Shown in pieces: positions 1 to 8,218 of a DNA stretch of 64,000 nucleotides. This stretch comes from an uncultured virus (IMG/VR IMGVR_UViG_3300014159_000004) (Duplodnaviria; Heunggongvirae; Uroviricota; Caudoviricetes), in the IMG/VR virus record IMGVR_UViG_3300014159_000004; one strand, 5' to 3'. Position 1 is the first letter of the stretch; every line of letters begins with the position of its first letter. A model generated the notes under the pieces. It did not search any database and was not told the DNA's origin. It saw only the letters and a program-made list of their open reading frames with translations. Position numbers and translations under genes: made by a program.

Positions 1-20
1 CGCCTCCGCGGAGTCGCCCG

Positions 21-338
21 ATGAACCGGCGCGACCCGAAGGTCTTGCGCGATGAGCGCAGGGAGCGCACCGAGTTCATGTGGGAGCGCGTCGCCCACGG
101 CGTGAACGATTTCGACGTCGCCATCCTCGGCACCCGCTACGGCGGTTGCTACGAGGGCGGCAACTGGATCGCGTGGGTCGGCGACCCCGAGTGGCTCGAC
201 GACTACCAGGGTGACAACGCCGACTGCCCGGCCTTCTTCGAGGACTACGCGGACGCCCCCATCGGACGCGGCGAGACGCCGCAGGCGGCGCTCGACGACC
301 TGATCCGACAGTCGCTGAGGCGGAGGGGGATCCCGTGA
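21..338 (+). CDS. hypothetical phage-type protein
   Basis: 105 aa ORF with strong GC3 bias, GGAG upstream, coupled by GTGA to the next gene; RYGG.YEGG.W and G.GETP..A..DL motifs. Confidence 0.75.
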   Translation: MNRRDPKVLRDERRERTEFMWERVAHGVNDFDVAILGTRYGGCYEGGNWIAWVGDPEWLDDYQGDNADCPAFFEDYADAPIGRGETPQAALDDLIRQSLRRRGIP

Positions 339-571
339 GCGCGCCCGACCGGGTCCTATTCAAGTGCGGCGCGTTCCGGATGATCGGGACCGTACGCGGG
401 TGCGAGCCGGAGATCGCGGAGGCGGTCCGGTGGCCGTACCCCTACCCGTGGATGTTCGAGGTGCGCGACACCGGCCGGCAGGTCATCGCCGTCTGCTCCG
501 ACCATGGAATGGCCGAGCAGGTGCTGCGTGAGCAGTTCATTCCGCCGTGGAAGCTCGAAGGAGAGGGCTAG
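335..571 (+). CDS. hypothetical protein
   Basis: GTGA overlap with the upstream stop; GC3 bias. Confidence 0.65.
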   Translation: MSAPDRVLFKCGAFRMIGTVRGCEPEIAEAVRWPYPYPWMFEVRDTGRQVIAVCSDHGMAEQVLREQFIPPWKLEGEG

Positions 572-574
572 ACC

Positions 575-1015
575 ATGACGGATAGCTGGAAGTGCCCGCA
601 CTGCGGGGCGTGGATCGGGGCGATGCAGGTGCACGAGGACTGCGCTCGCGAACAGGACGAAAAGAGGCGGCGCGAGGAGGCGGAGCGGAGAGACCGCGCG
701 ACCAATGCGTCGCCTCGGACGAAGCCGACGACAGAACTCCTCGGACTGGCGCTCGCGCTCTTGTCCGCCTGCAAGGAGGACTGCCCAACGCCGGGCCCGC
801 ACGAGATCGCCCACGACGACCGCGGGTGCGTGACGATGCAGGTGGGGTGCGACAGCATCTACTACACGCGCTGCGACGGCAGGCCGTCCACATCCGACAC
901 CGAGTGCCACTTGGTGCAGGAGGGCAAGTTCCAGCGTCGAGTGTGCTTGTCCACGTCCACCGTCGACCCCGACGACCCGGGACCGGGCTGCTGCCCGCGC
1001 GAGAGGGCGCAGTGA
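575..1015 (+). CDS. Cys-rich hypothetical protein (CPHCG zinc-ribbon start, internal lipobox-like LLSAC)
   Basis: 146 aa ORF in operon context. Confidence 0.6.
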   Translation: MTDSWKCPHCGAWIGAMQVHEDCAREQDEKRRREEAERRDRATNASPRTKPTTELLGLALALLSACKEDCPTPGPHEIAHDDRGCVTMQVGCDSIYYTRCDGRPSTSDTECHLVQEGKFQRRVCLSTSTVDPDDPGPGCCPRERAQ

Positions 1016-1323
1016 CCGCCGAGTTCTCCGTCACGCTCCGCATGTCCGCCGTCGTCCGGTCGCTCGTCGACCACGCGGCCGACGCGTGCGACCGGACCGC
1101 CACAGAGCTGGTGATGCGGGCGCTGCGCGAGAAGCTCGCGCCGCGGTGCCCCGCGTGCGGTCGCGGAAATGAAGCCATCCTCGGAGAGTCCCACGATCGC
1201 AGCGTCGTCGCCGACGTCGTCGAGGCGCACGCGGAGTTCCTGGCGCACGCGCTCGTCCGGCTCGTCGGCGTCGAGCGGGGGACGAAAATCATCGAGAAGA
1301 CCCGCTTGACGGGCGGTACATAA
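1012..1323 (+). CDS. ribbon-helix-helix-like DNA-binding protein with CPAC motif
   Basis: GTG at 1012 overlaps the upstream stop; FSVTLRMS..VRSLVDHAA...DRTATELVMRALRE resembles RHH. Confidence 0.55.
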   Translation: MTAEFSVTLRMSAVVRSLVDHAADACDRTATELVMRALREKLAPRCPACGRGNEAILGESHDRSVVADVVEAHAEFLAHALVRLVGVERGTKIIEKTRLTGGT

Positions 1324-1334
1324 ATATGTACACT
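1306..1334 (+). promoter_or_regulatory. sigma70-type promoter of the TA operon with overlapping palindromic operator
   Basis: TTGACG (1306-1311), 17 nt spacer, TACACT (1329-1334); perfect inverted repeat GTACATA-AA-TATGTAC at 1316-1331. Confidence 0.75.
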
Positions 1335-1342
1335 CTCTCCCT

Positions 1343-1699
1343 TTGACTACCACACGCTTTCCCGTCCGGTTCTTCCGCTCCGAGTCTGGAGCGGAGCCGG
1401 TACGGATCTGGCTTCAGGGTCTCTCAACCAACGCGAAGCGCACGATCGGGGCTGACCTGTTCACGATCCAGACGATGTGGCCCGTAGGCGGTCCACTCGT
1501 GGCCAACCTCGGAGACGGACTCTGGGAACTACGCAGCACACAAGACCGCGTGGAATACCGCGTAATCTTCGCGGTCGCCGCCGGCACGATCTGGGTCCTG
1601 CACGGGTTCGTGAAGAAGACGCAGAAGACTCCACACGAAGTAATACGACTGGCGACCGCTAGACTCTCTGCCGTCCGGGCGTTCTTGTTACAGAAGTAA
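1343..1699 (+). CDS. type II toxin, RelE/ParE superfamily (HigB/Gp49-like)
   Basis: FFRSESGAEPVRIWL...LGDGLWELRS...YRVIF...LHGFVKKTQKTP motifs; toxin-first order. Confidence 0.9.
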   Translation: MTTTRFPVRFFRSESGAEPVRIWLQGLSTNAKRTIGADLFTIQTMWPVGGPLVANLGDGLWELRSTQDRVEYRVIFAVAAGTIWVLHGFVKKTQKTPHEVIRLATARLSAVRAFLLQK

Positions 1700-1710
1700 G
1701 GAAAAACACC

Positions 1711-2055
1711 ATGTCATCCTCACCCGTCGGTAGTTCTCTCCAAGACGTGTTCACCTCGTTCGGACTCTGGGACGAAGTCGTTCTCCTCGGACAGAAGAGG
1801 GTCATCGCGGAACGACTTCGCCAAGAGATGGCCCGAAAGAACGTCACCAAGACGGAACTCGCTAAACGGATGGGCACCAGTCGCTCACACGTCGAGGCAC
1901 TGCTCGACCCAACGAATACCGGCCTGACGCTTCAGAGCCTGTCGCGGGCATCACACGCGCTCCACCTCGAGCCGGCTGTCACGTTCCGTCAGGCTCACGA
2001 GCGTCCCCATCAAGATGTGACGCCTCGCCGCAGTCCACGTCGGGCGCGACCGTGA
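1711..2055 (+). CDS. XRE-family HTH antitoxin (HigA-like)
   Basis: VGSSLQD...MARKNVTKTELAKRMGTSRSHVEALLDP.N.GLTLQSL; AAGGA RBS; directly follows the RelE toxin. Confidence 0.88.
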   Translation: MSSSPVGSSLQDVFTSFGLWDEVVLLGQKRVIAERLRQEMARKNVTKTELAKRMGTSRSHVEALLDPTNTGLTLQSLSRASHALHLEPAVTFRQAHERPHQDVTPRRSPRRARP

Positions 2056-2603
2056 AGAAGACGAAGAAGCCGCTCGCGCCCGCCGCCGTCGCCGAACTGT
2101 TCGAGCGGTTCTCGCTCGCCGGCTACCCGGCCGCCAAGTTCACCGACACGCTCTACCGCGCGATGTCCAACGCGTTCGGGTTCATCGCCCACTACGACCG
2201 CGCCGGCTTCTACAGCGCGCGGTTCTCGACGCCGACCGCCCGGGTCGAGACGCTGACCGTCATGTCGCAGAAAGACGAGTGGTTCTCGGACGGCCCCGTC
2301 GAGACCGCGCTCCGGGCCGTCGTCGAGCAGCACGACCTGCTGGCCGCCGCCGTCCGCGAGCGCGACGCGCTCGTCGAGCGGGGCGAGCGCGCGGAACTCG
2401 CGCGGCTGATCGGCAAGTATGGACTCCCCGATACCGCACACGTCCGCTGCGTGGGTGGTCGCTACGTCGTCAACGCTGTAACACCGTACGGCGGCGGCGC
2501 AACGATCGAAGTCGGTGCGCCACTATCTGCGAGCGCTGACAGCGAGGGTGAGGTAGCCGACCACAACGCGAGCGCTGTGCTCGAGGATGACCAGATCACA
2601 TGA
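2052..2603 (+). CDS. hypothetical phage-type protein (FT..LY..MS..FGFIAHYD..GFY motif)
   Basis: coupled ORF with GC3 bias. Confidence 0.7.
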   Translation: MKKTKKPLAPAAVAELFERFSLAGYPAAKFTDTLYRAMSNAFGFIAHYDRAGFYSARFSTPTARVETLTVMSQKDEWFSDGPVETALRAVVEQHDLLAAAVRERDALVERGERAELARLIGKYGLPDTAHVRCVGGRYVVNAVTPYGGGATIEVGAPLSASADSEGEVADHNASAVLEDDQIT

Positions 2604-3034
2604 CTTATGACCCCAACGCCGATCCCGTCATGCGCGCGGGCCTGCAGGCGATGGGCGCGTGCATCTTGCAAGAGGTGGGGCCCGGCGTCGCCTTCGCCGT
2701 CTTCATCGACTGGCGCGACGGCCGGCCCCCGTCGTACCTCAGCAACGCCCAGCGCCGCTCGGTCACCGCCGCCCTCACCGAGTGGCTGGCGCGCACCGCG
2801 CCGGCGCCGGGCGCCGAGCCAGCGCGGCGCGCCGGCGCGCCGACGCCCCTGCAGGCCAGGGCCGCCGCCCTCGTCCAGTCGATGGACGAGGAGGACGTCG
2901 GCGCCGCCATCTTCCTGTTCGGCGGCGAGCCGGGCGCGGACGGGACGGCCGGCGAGACGGCGTGGGCGGCGTCGGTCCCGGACGTGCGGGCGCGCGTCGA
3001 GCGGTGGGTGGCGGTCGAGCGGAGGCGGTCGTGA
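2600..3034 (+). CDS. hypothetical protein with internal two-fold repeat
   Basis: ATGA coupling; two similar halves (VGPGVAFAVF / VGAAIFLF). Confidence 0.65.
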   Translation: MTYDPNADPVMRAGLQAMGACILQEVGPGVAFAVFIDWRDGRPPSYLSNAQRRSVTAALTEWLARTAPAPGAEPARRAGAPTPLQARAAALVQSMDEEDVGAAIFLFGGEPGADGTAGETAWAASVPDVRARVERWVAVERRRS

Positions 3035-3153
3035 CGGTCAATCGGGGTTTGGGTACTATCGTGGCAGGTTCAACGCGCGTCTTACCCAGACCGATCAAAT
3101 CGTGCGACGTGATCAAGAACCGGCGCGCCATCCTGCGCGCGAAGGAGGACGAG

Positions 3154-3288
3154 ATGACTAGATTATCCCTGCTGATTCTCGCATTCGCCACCGCCTCCTG
3201 CGTCACCCCGCACGCCTGCTGGAGCGCATGCTATCCGGCGACGGTGCGGGTGCAGACGCCCGATCGGTGCGAGTGTTATCCGCGCTGA
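3154..3288 (+). CDS. small Cys-rich lipoprotein
   Basis: AAGGAGG RBS; MTRLSLLILAFATASC signal with lipobox. Confidence 0.55.
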   Translation: MTRLSLLILAFATASCVTPHACWSACYPATVRVQTPDRCECYPR

Positions 3289-3384
3289 TCGCGCGCTCGC
3301 CCATTGGAATATGATTCTCCGGTACTTGCCAGTCGACAAAACGAATATATTGCCAATATCGGAGTGTCGTGTAGATTGGCCACC

Positions 3385-3846
3385 ATGATGAATGCCAATA
3401 ACCGAATGGACGTGATTCGACTGGTGCGGCCGGCGCGCGGTCGGAGGCAGGCCCCGCGGCACCTGGACGTCGTCGGCCAGGTCCGGGAGGCGTTCGCGCG
3501 CGGGCCGCTCGCGACCGCGTTCGGCGCGCTGCTCGGCGCCGGTGTGCCGGCGGGAGTCTACCGGATGGCGCACTCCGAGCTGCGCGCAGAGTGGTGGGCG
3601 GATCCCAAGGCGATCATCGTCCTCGGCGGCCTGCTCTTCTCGGCGGTCAAGGTGTGGACCTGGGGGCGCGCGGCGTTCCGGTCGCCGTACTTGGCGACCG
3701 GGTTCGTCCTGCTCACGGAGGGGATCAGCGTCTTTAGCAGTCAGCCGTGCCTGTCGCTCGGCGCGCTCGCGTACCTCGTCGCGATCAATTCAATTTCGAC
3801 GGCCTGCACGATCGCGCTCGCCGACAGGGGGTTGCGGGCGCACTGA
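3385..3846 (+). CDS. membrane protein (about 4 TM segments)
   Basis: hydrophobic segments; TAGATT 7 nt before the ATG. Confidence 0.7.
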   Translation: MMNANNRMDVIRLVRPARGRRQAPRHLDVVGQVREAFARGPLATAFGALLGAGVPAGVYRMAHSELRAEWWADPKAIIVLGGLLFSAVKVWTWGRAAFRSPYLATGFVLLTEGISVFSSQPCLSLGALAYLVAINSISTACTIALADRGLRAH

Positions 3847-3892
3847 TTCCGTGCAATTTAGACGAACTCATCTGGGAAGGGTGATCGAGTCG

Positions 3893-4081
3893 ATGGCGAA
3901 CTGCGGCAGGTTCCGGTGTGCGGGGTGCGCGGGGTGCAAGCCGGACGACCCGCTGCCTGGCGAGAGCGACCCGCAGCGGCGTCGGCGCGAGGACGCCGCG
4001 CAGCGCGCGGCCGGCAAGCCGACGACGCGCGCCAAGCTGGGCGACGTGGCCAAGGTGCGCCCGAGGCGGGGCGACCGATGA
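3893..4081 (+). CDS. small hypothetical protein with Cys cluster
   Basis: MANCGRFRCAGCAGC; ATGA coupling to the next gene. Confidence 0.5.
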   Translation: MANCGRFRCAGCAGCKPDDPLPGESDPQRRRREDAAQRAAGKPTTRAKLGDVAKVRPRRGDR

Positions 4082-4683
4082 CGGTCGCGTTCGACGCGAG
4101 TCCCCACGGGCAGGCGGGTCAGGACCGGTTCGCCGTCGCCGTGACCGGACTGCGGCGGCCGGGGACGTTCCTCGACGTCGGCTCCGGCGACCCGATCGTC
4201 TACAGCAACAGCTACTACCTGGACGCCCTCGGCTGGCGGGGCCTGATGGTCGACCGGGTCGACTGCAGGGACGTCGCGCTCTACCGCAACACGCCGCTAC
4301 TTCGGGCGGACGCGATGGCGGTGGACTGGTGCGAGGTCCTCGCGGCGCACGGGCTCGGCCCGCGCGTCGACTACCTGTCGTTCGACCTCGACGACGACGG
4401 CGCCCGCGCGCTCGCGCGCCTGCCGTGGGGGCGAGTGCGTTTCTCCTCGATGACCGTCGAGCACGACGCCTACCGCGTCGGCGGGGGGCCCCGGGCCGCG
4501 ATGCGGGAGCTACTGCTCGACTGCGGCTACCGCCTGCTCTGCCCCGACGTCTCGCTCGAGGGGTTCGGCGCGTTCGAGGACTGGTGGGTCGACCCGGGCC
4601 ACGTCGACGCGGCTGTCGCGGACAGGTTCGCGACGGACGGGCCGACGGACTGGCGGGCGATCGTGGCGAAAGGCGGCGGCTGA
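4078..4683 (+). CDS. FkbM-family SAM-dependent methyltransferase
   Basis: QAGQD..., FLDVGSGDP..YSNSYYL...GWRGLMVD, VDYLSFDLD, TVEHD, FEDWWV motifs. Confidence 0.8.
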   Translation: MTVAFDASPHGQAGQDRFAVAVTGLRRPGTFLDVGSGDPIVYSNSYYLDALGWRGLMVDRVDCRDVALYRNTPLLRADAMAVDWCEVLAAHGLGPRVDYLSFDLDDDGARALARLPWGRVRFSSMTVEHDAYRVGGGPRAAMRELLLDCGYRLLCPDVSLEGFGAFEDWWVDPGHVDAAVADRFATDGPTDWRAIVAKGGG

Positions 4684-6245
4684 TGCGCATCACTCAGGCA
4701 GACATCGACCGAGTCAACCTGGAGCGGCTGCGGCCGATGATGGCCGGCGAGGAGTTCGTCTTGACCAAGGAGCCCTACCGGCTGCTCGCCCACCTGTCCA
4801 CGCAGGTGTCCGGGACGGTCTTCGACCTCGGCACGTGGCGCGGCAACTCCGCGCTCGCCCTGTCCTACGGCGGCAACCCCGTCGAGTCGTTCGACGTCGC
4901 GGACCACACGCACGGGCAGCCGCACCCGCCGAACGTGCGCTACCACCTGGAGAACCTCTACACGCCCGAGGGGCGCGGACCTTGGAGGGAGCGGCTGCTC
5001 GCGAGCCCGCTCATCTTCATCGACACCGACCCGCACGAGGGGTCCTGGGAGTTCAACTTCGTCGAGTGGCTCCAGGCCGAGGGGTACCGCGGCCTCATCG
5101 TGCTCGACGACATCTGGTACTTCAAGCAGATGCGCGACAACCTCTGGTACCGGATCGAGGGGAGGCACAAGGCCGACGTCACGAAGTTCGGCCACTGGTC
5201 GGGCACCGGCCTGGTGTCGTTCGGCGATCTGCCTGAGGTCGAGGGGGAGGCGGACACGTCCAACTGGACGCTGGTCACCGGCTACTTCGACCTCACCAAG
5301 AAGGCGGACGCGAGCCCGGAGCTCTGCGCGCGACCGGCCAGCTACTTCCTCGACGCCCACGGGTCCTCGGTGCTGTCCTGGGGGGCGAACCTCGTCGTCT
5401 ACTGCGAGCCGGACAACGAGGCGAAGGTCTGGGGCATGCGGCCGAAGCACCTGCACGCGCGCACGCGCGTCATCGCGCAGTCGTTCGAGGACTTCCCGCT
5501 CACCAGACACCGCGACCGCATCATCCAGAATCGGGGCGGCAGCCCGTGGTGCCCCACTCACCCGCGGAGCACCGCCTCGTACTACCTCTTCTGCATGGCG
5601 CGCTACGCGATGCTCAAGCAGACGATCGCGAACAACCCGTTCGGTAGCACCCACTTCGCGTGGGTCAACGTCGACATCGAGCGGATGGGCTACCAGAACC
5701 TCGTCCACCTCGACGAGGCGCTCGCCGCGCAGCGCGAGAAGTTCTCGACCTGCTTCATCGACTACGTGCCCGAGAGCACGGTGCGCGACTTGGACGCCTT
5801 CTTCGGCGGCAAGGCGTGCCTCGGACGCTGCACGATGTGCAGCGGGTTCTTCACGGGCAGCGCCGGGTACATGCGGGAGGTATGCGACCGGCTCGAGGCC
5901 AAGTTCCTCCACTGCCTCGACGCGGGTTACGGGCACTCCGACGAGCAGCTCTTCCCGATGGTGTACTTCGACGCGCCGGAACTCTTCGACTGGTACCTGG
6001 GCGACTACGGCGAGATGGTGACCAACTACGCGCGCGTCTACGACCGGGCCGACCAGCCGATCGTCAATTTGATCCAGCACAGCCTCGACGCCGGCGACCT
6101 CGCGGTGTGCGCTCGGGCGTGCGACCTGCTCTGGCAGTCGTACGCGGCCGGCACGGTCGCGATCGGACAGCCGCACCTCGACCAGTTCCTGCGCGCCAGA
6201 GACCGCGTGTCGCCGCGCGACAACCCGAGGCGCAGGTCGCGATGA
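4683..6245 (+). CDS. class I methyltransferase fused to an HtrL/YibB-like glycosyltransferase
   Basis: N-terminal FDLGTWRGNSALAL, IFIDTDPH, IVLDDI; C-terminal TLVTGYFDL, HFAWVNVD, CSGFFTG, GHSDEQL. Confidence 0.7.
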   Translation: MRITQADIDRVNLERLRPMMAGEEFVLTKEPYRLLAHLSTQVSGTVFDLGTWRGNSALALSYGGNPVESFDVADHTHGQPHPPNVRYHLENLYTPEGRGPWRERLLASPLIFIDTDPHEGSWEFNFVEWLQAEGYRGLIVLDDIWYFKQMRDNLWYRIEGRHKADVTKFGHWSGTGLVSFGDLPEVEGEADTSNWTLVTGYFDLTKKADASPELCARPASYFLDAHGSSVLSWGANLVVYCEPDNEAKVWGMRPKHLHARTRVIAQSFEDFPLTRHRDRIIQNRGGSPWCPTHPRSTASYYLFCMARYAMLKQTIANNPFGSTHFAWVNVDIERMGYQNLVHLDEALAAQREKFSTCFIDYVPESTVRDLDAFFGGKACLGRCTMCSGFFTGSAGYMREVCDRLEAKFLHCLDAGYGHSDEQLFPMVYFDAPELFDWYLGDYGEMVTNYARVYDRADQPIVNLIQHSLDAGDLAVCARACDLLWQSYAAGTVAIGQPHLDQFLRARDRVSPRDNPRRRSR

Positions 6246-7102
6246 CGGTGCGCCTGCCGGACAAGCTGGCGGTCGTGACTGTCGTCCACTTCGACGCCGC
6301 TGTCCCGAACGCGAGCCACGGCATCCTACAGAACGGGGTCGACCGGCTCCCCTACCTCCGGGCGACTGCCGCCCACCTCGCGCAGCTCGCCGAGGAGGTC
6401 ACCGTGACCGTGGTCACCAACACGGTCGACCCGGACCAGCTCGCGACGCTGCGCGGGTGCCTGCAGGACCGTGGGTTTCAGTTTCAGGTCCAGTCAGAGG
6501 TGGGGCTCGCGCACGGGTGGATGCTGCCGACTCGGGTGAGTCCGGTGCTGCGAACACTGGCGGGAGATCCGTCGACGTCGCACTTTATGTACTTCGATTA
6601 CGACATCCTGATAACGCGAGAAAATATCTCGTACTGGCTCGAGGCCCGAGAGGTGTTGAGGCGCTACGGGCTGATCCCGTCGTTCTTGCGCGTGGAGCGC
6701 AGAGTCGGCGACGCTCGCTGGTACGTCACCGACACCCCGCGCCCGCTCCAGATCTCGACGCTGCCGCGCGTGGAGCCGTCGGAGACCTCGCACTTCGTGG
6801 GGCTACCGACCCCGTTTCAGGGGGGCTACCTGCTCGATCGCGAACTGGTGACCGAGTACCTGTCTGGACTGCCGCACGTCTGGGGACAAGGTCGCCACTG
6901 GGGCGGACCGGAGGGGGAGCTCGAGGGGCTCACCTTCGCCAACGTCCCGGACGGGTTCCACGCGCGCAACGTCGTGCCGTATCTGCCGGTCGAGCGGCGC
7001 GTCGACCCGCGCTGCCTGGTCCACCACCTCCCGAACAACTACGCGAGCGGCGCTGGACCGTACGGGCAGGTGCTGCTCGAGGAGCTGCTGATCCATGGCT
7101 GA
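6242..7102 (+). CDS. putative glycosyltransferase (GT-A-like)
   Basis: HFMYFDYDILI (DxD) and VHHLPNNY; cluster context. Confidence 0.55.
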   Translation: MTVRLPDKLAVVTVVHFDAAVPNASHGILQNGVDRLPYLRATAAHLAQLAEEVTVTVVTNTVDPDQLATLRGCLQDRGFQFQVQSEVGLAHGWMLPTRVSPVLRTLAGDPSTSHFMYFDYDILITRENISYWLEAREVLRRYGLIPSFLRVERRVGDARWYVTDTPRPLQISTLPRVEPSETSHFVGLPTPFQGGYLLDRELVTEYLSGLPHVWGQGRHWGGPEGELEGLTFANVPDGFHARNVVPYLPVERRVDPRCLVHHLPNNYASGAGPYGQVLLEELLIHG

Positions 7103-7334
7103 AACACTAGGAAGTCTCGTCGACAAGTTGACGGTGTGCAACGTGCGCATCTGGCACCTCATCGACAAGCACCGCGACAAGAGCCTGCCCGACAAGGAGC
7201 GGCTCGCGGCGGCCGACGCCGCCGACCGCGTCAACCGGCAGCGCAGTCAGCTCATCGACGAGATCGACGCCTTCTTCGCGGACGCCGTCGCCGGCAAGGT
7301 CAGGGTCCTGCGCGACCCGAAGGAAAAGATGTGA
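7095..7334 (+). CDS. DUF4254-like small helical protein
   Basis: ETLGSLVDKL...IWHL...NRQRSQLIDEID pattern typical of glycan loci. Confidence 0.65.
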   Translation: MAETLGSLVDKLTVCNVRIWHLIDKHRDKSLPDKERLAAADAADRVNRQRSQLIDEIDAFFADAVAGKVRVLRDPKEKM

Positions 7335-8218
7335 CCTCCCAACTCGAGCGACGAGCGCGGCAGCGGTGGGTCACGCGGCGGAAATTGACTTCCTATCCGA
7401 TCCCACCGGGTGGACAAGGCGGGGGCGATCCGGTGTGCCAAGAAGCAGAGCGACCGTCCGGATCGTCCTCCACGCCGATCACGTACGTCGGCAGCGGGTC
7501 GCTGGGCGACTTCATCCACCAGCTCAGCGTGGTTAACGAGAAGTTCCTGACTACCGGCCGCCGGGGGCGCGTCTACCTCTCGGAGAGCGGCTTTCATTTC
7601 CGGTTCGGACTCGACCGCGCGTACGAGGACCTGCGGGAGATCGTGTCGGGACAGCCCTACGTCGAGAGTTTCCACAAGCACGGCGGCGAGCCGGTCGACG
7701 TCAACTTGAGCGCGTGGAGGGGGTCGCCACTCATCTGCAGGGCGGACTGGCGCGCGATCTACGAGGGCACCTACGGCGTGCCGTGGGGCTCGCGCAAGTG
7801 GCTGACGATGCCCGAGAGCGAGTACGCGGGCGCGATCCTGATCGGACTGTCCACGCGTCGGCAGCCGCAGGTGGACTGGGGGGTCCTGAAAGGACTGCCC
7901 GGACCCGCCACGTTCGTGACGGACGACGAGGGCGAACTCGCGAACTGGAAGGCGACGACCGGGTCCGACCTGCCGACTCACCTCTTCCCGAGTCTCTACG
8001 AACTCTACCGGGCGATCCACGGCTGCCGGCTCTTCGTCGGCAACCTGTCCTCCCCCCTCGCGGTCGCGATGGCGGCGCACCGGCCGTCGATCGGCCTGCG
8101 CTGCCGCGAGGTCGACGACGTGCACGTCGTGGGCTTGGACAAGGTCTGGCCGCACTTCCGGTTCGCGGACGGCGACCTGGCGTCCGACCTGGCGGCGCTG
8201 TGGGGGGCGACCTCGTGA
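7331..8218 (+). CDS. GT9-like (heptosyltransferase-fold) glycosyltransferase
   Basis: GSLGDFIH and LFVGNLSSPLAVAMAAHRP motifs. Confidence 0.65.
   Translation: MTSQLERRARQRWVTRRKLTSYPIPPGGQGGGDPVCQEAERPSGSSSTPITYVGSGSLGDFIHQLSVVNEKFLTTGRRGRVYLSESGFHFRFGLDRAYEDLREIVSGQPYVESFHKHGGEPVDVNLSAWRGSPLICRADWRAIYEGTYGVPWGSRKWLTMPESEYAGAILIGLSTRRQPQVDWGVLKGLPGPATFVTDDEGELANWKATTGSDLPTHLFPSLYELYRAIHGCRLFVGNLSSPLAVAMAAHRPSIGLRCREVDDVHVVGLDKVWPHFRFADGDLASDLAALWGATS

Noticed and set aside
3347..3359. ATATTG-C-CAATAT palindrome upstream of the membrane gene
   Set aside because: Single short occurrence with no second copy or assignable regulator.
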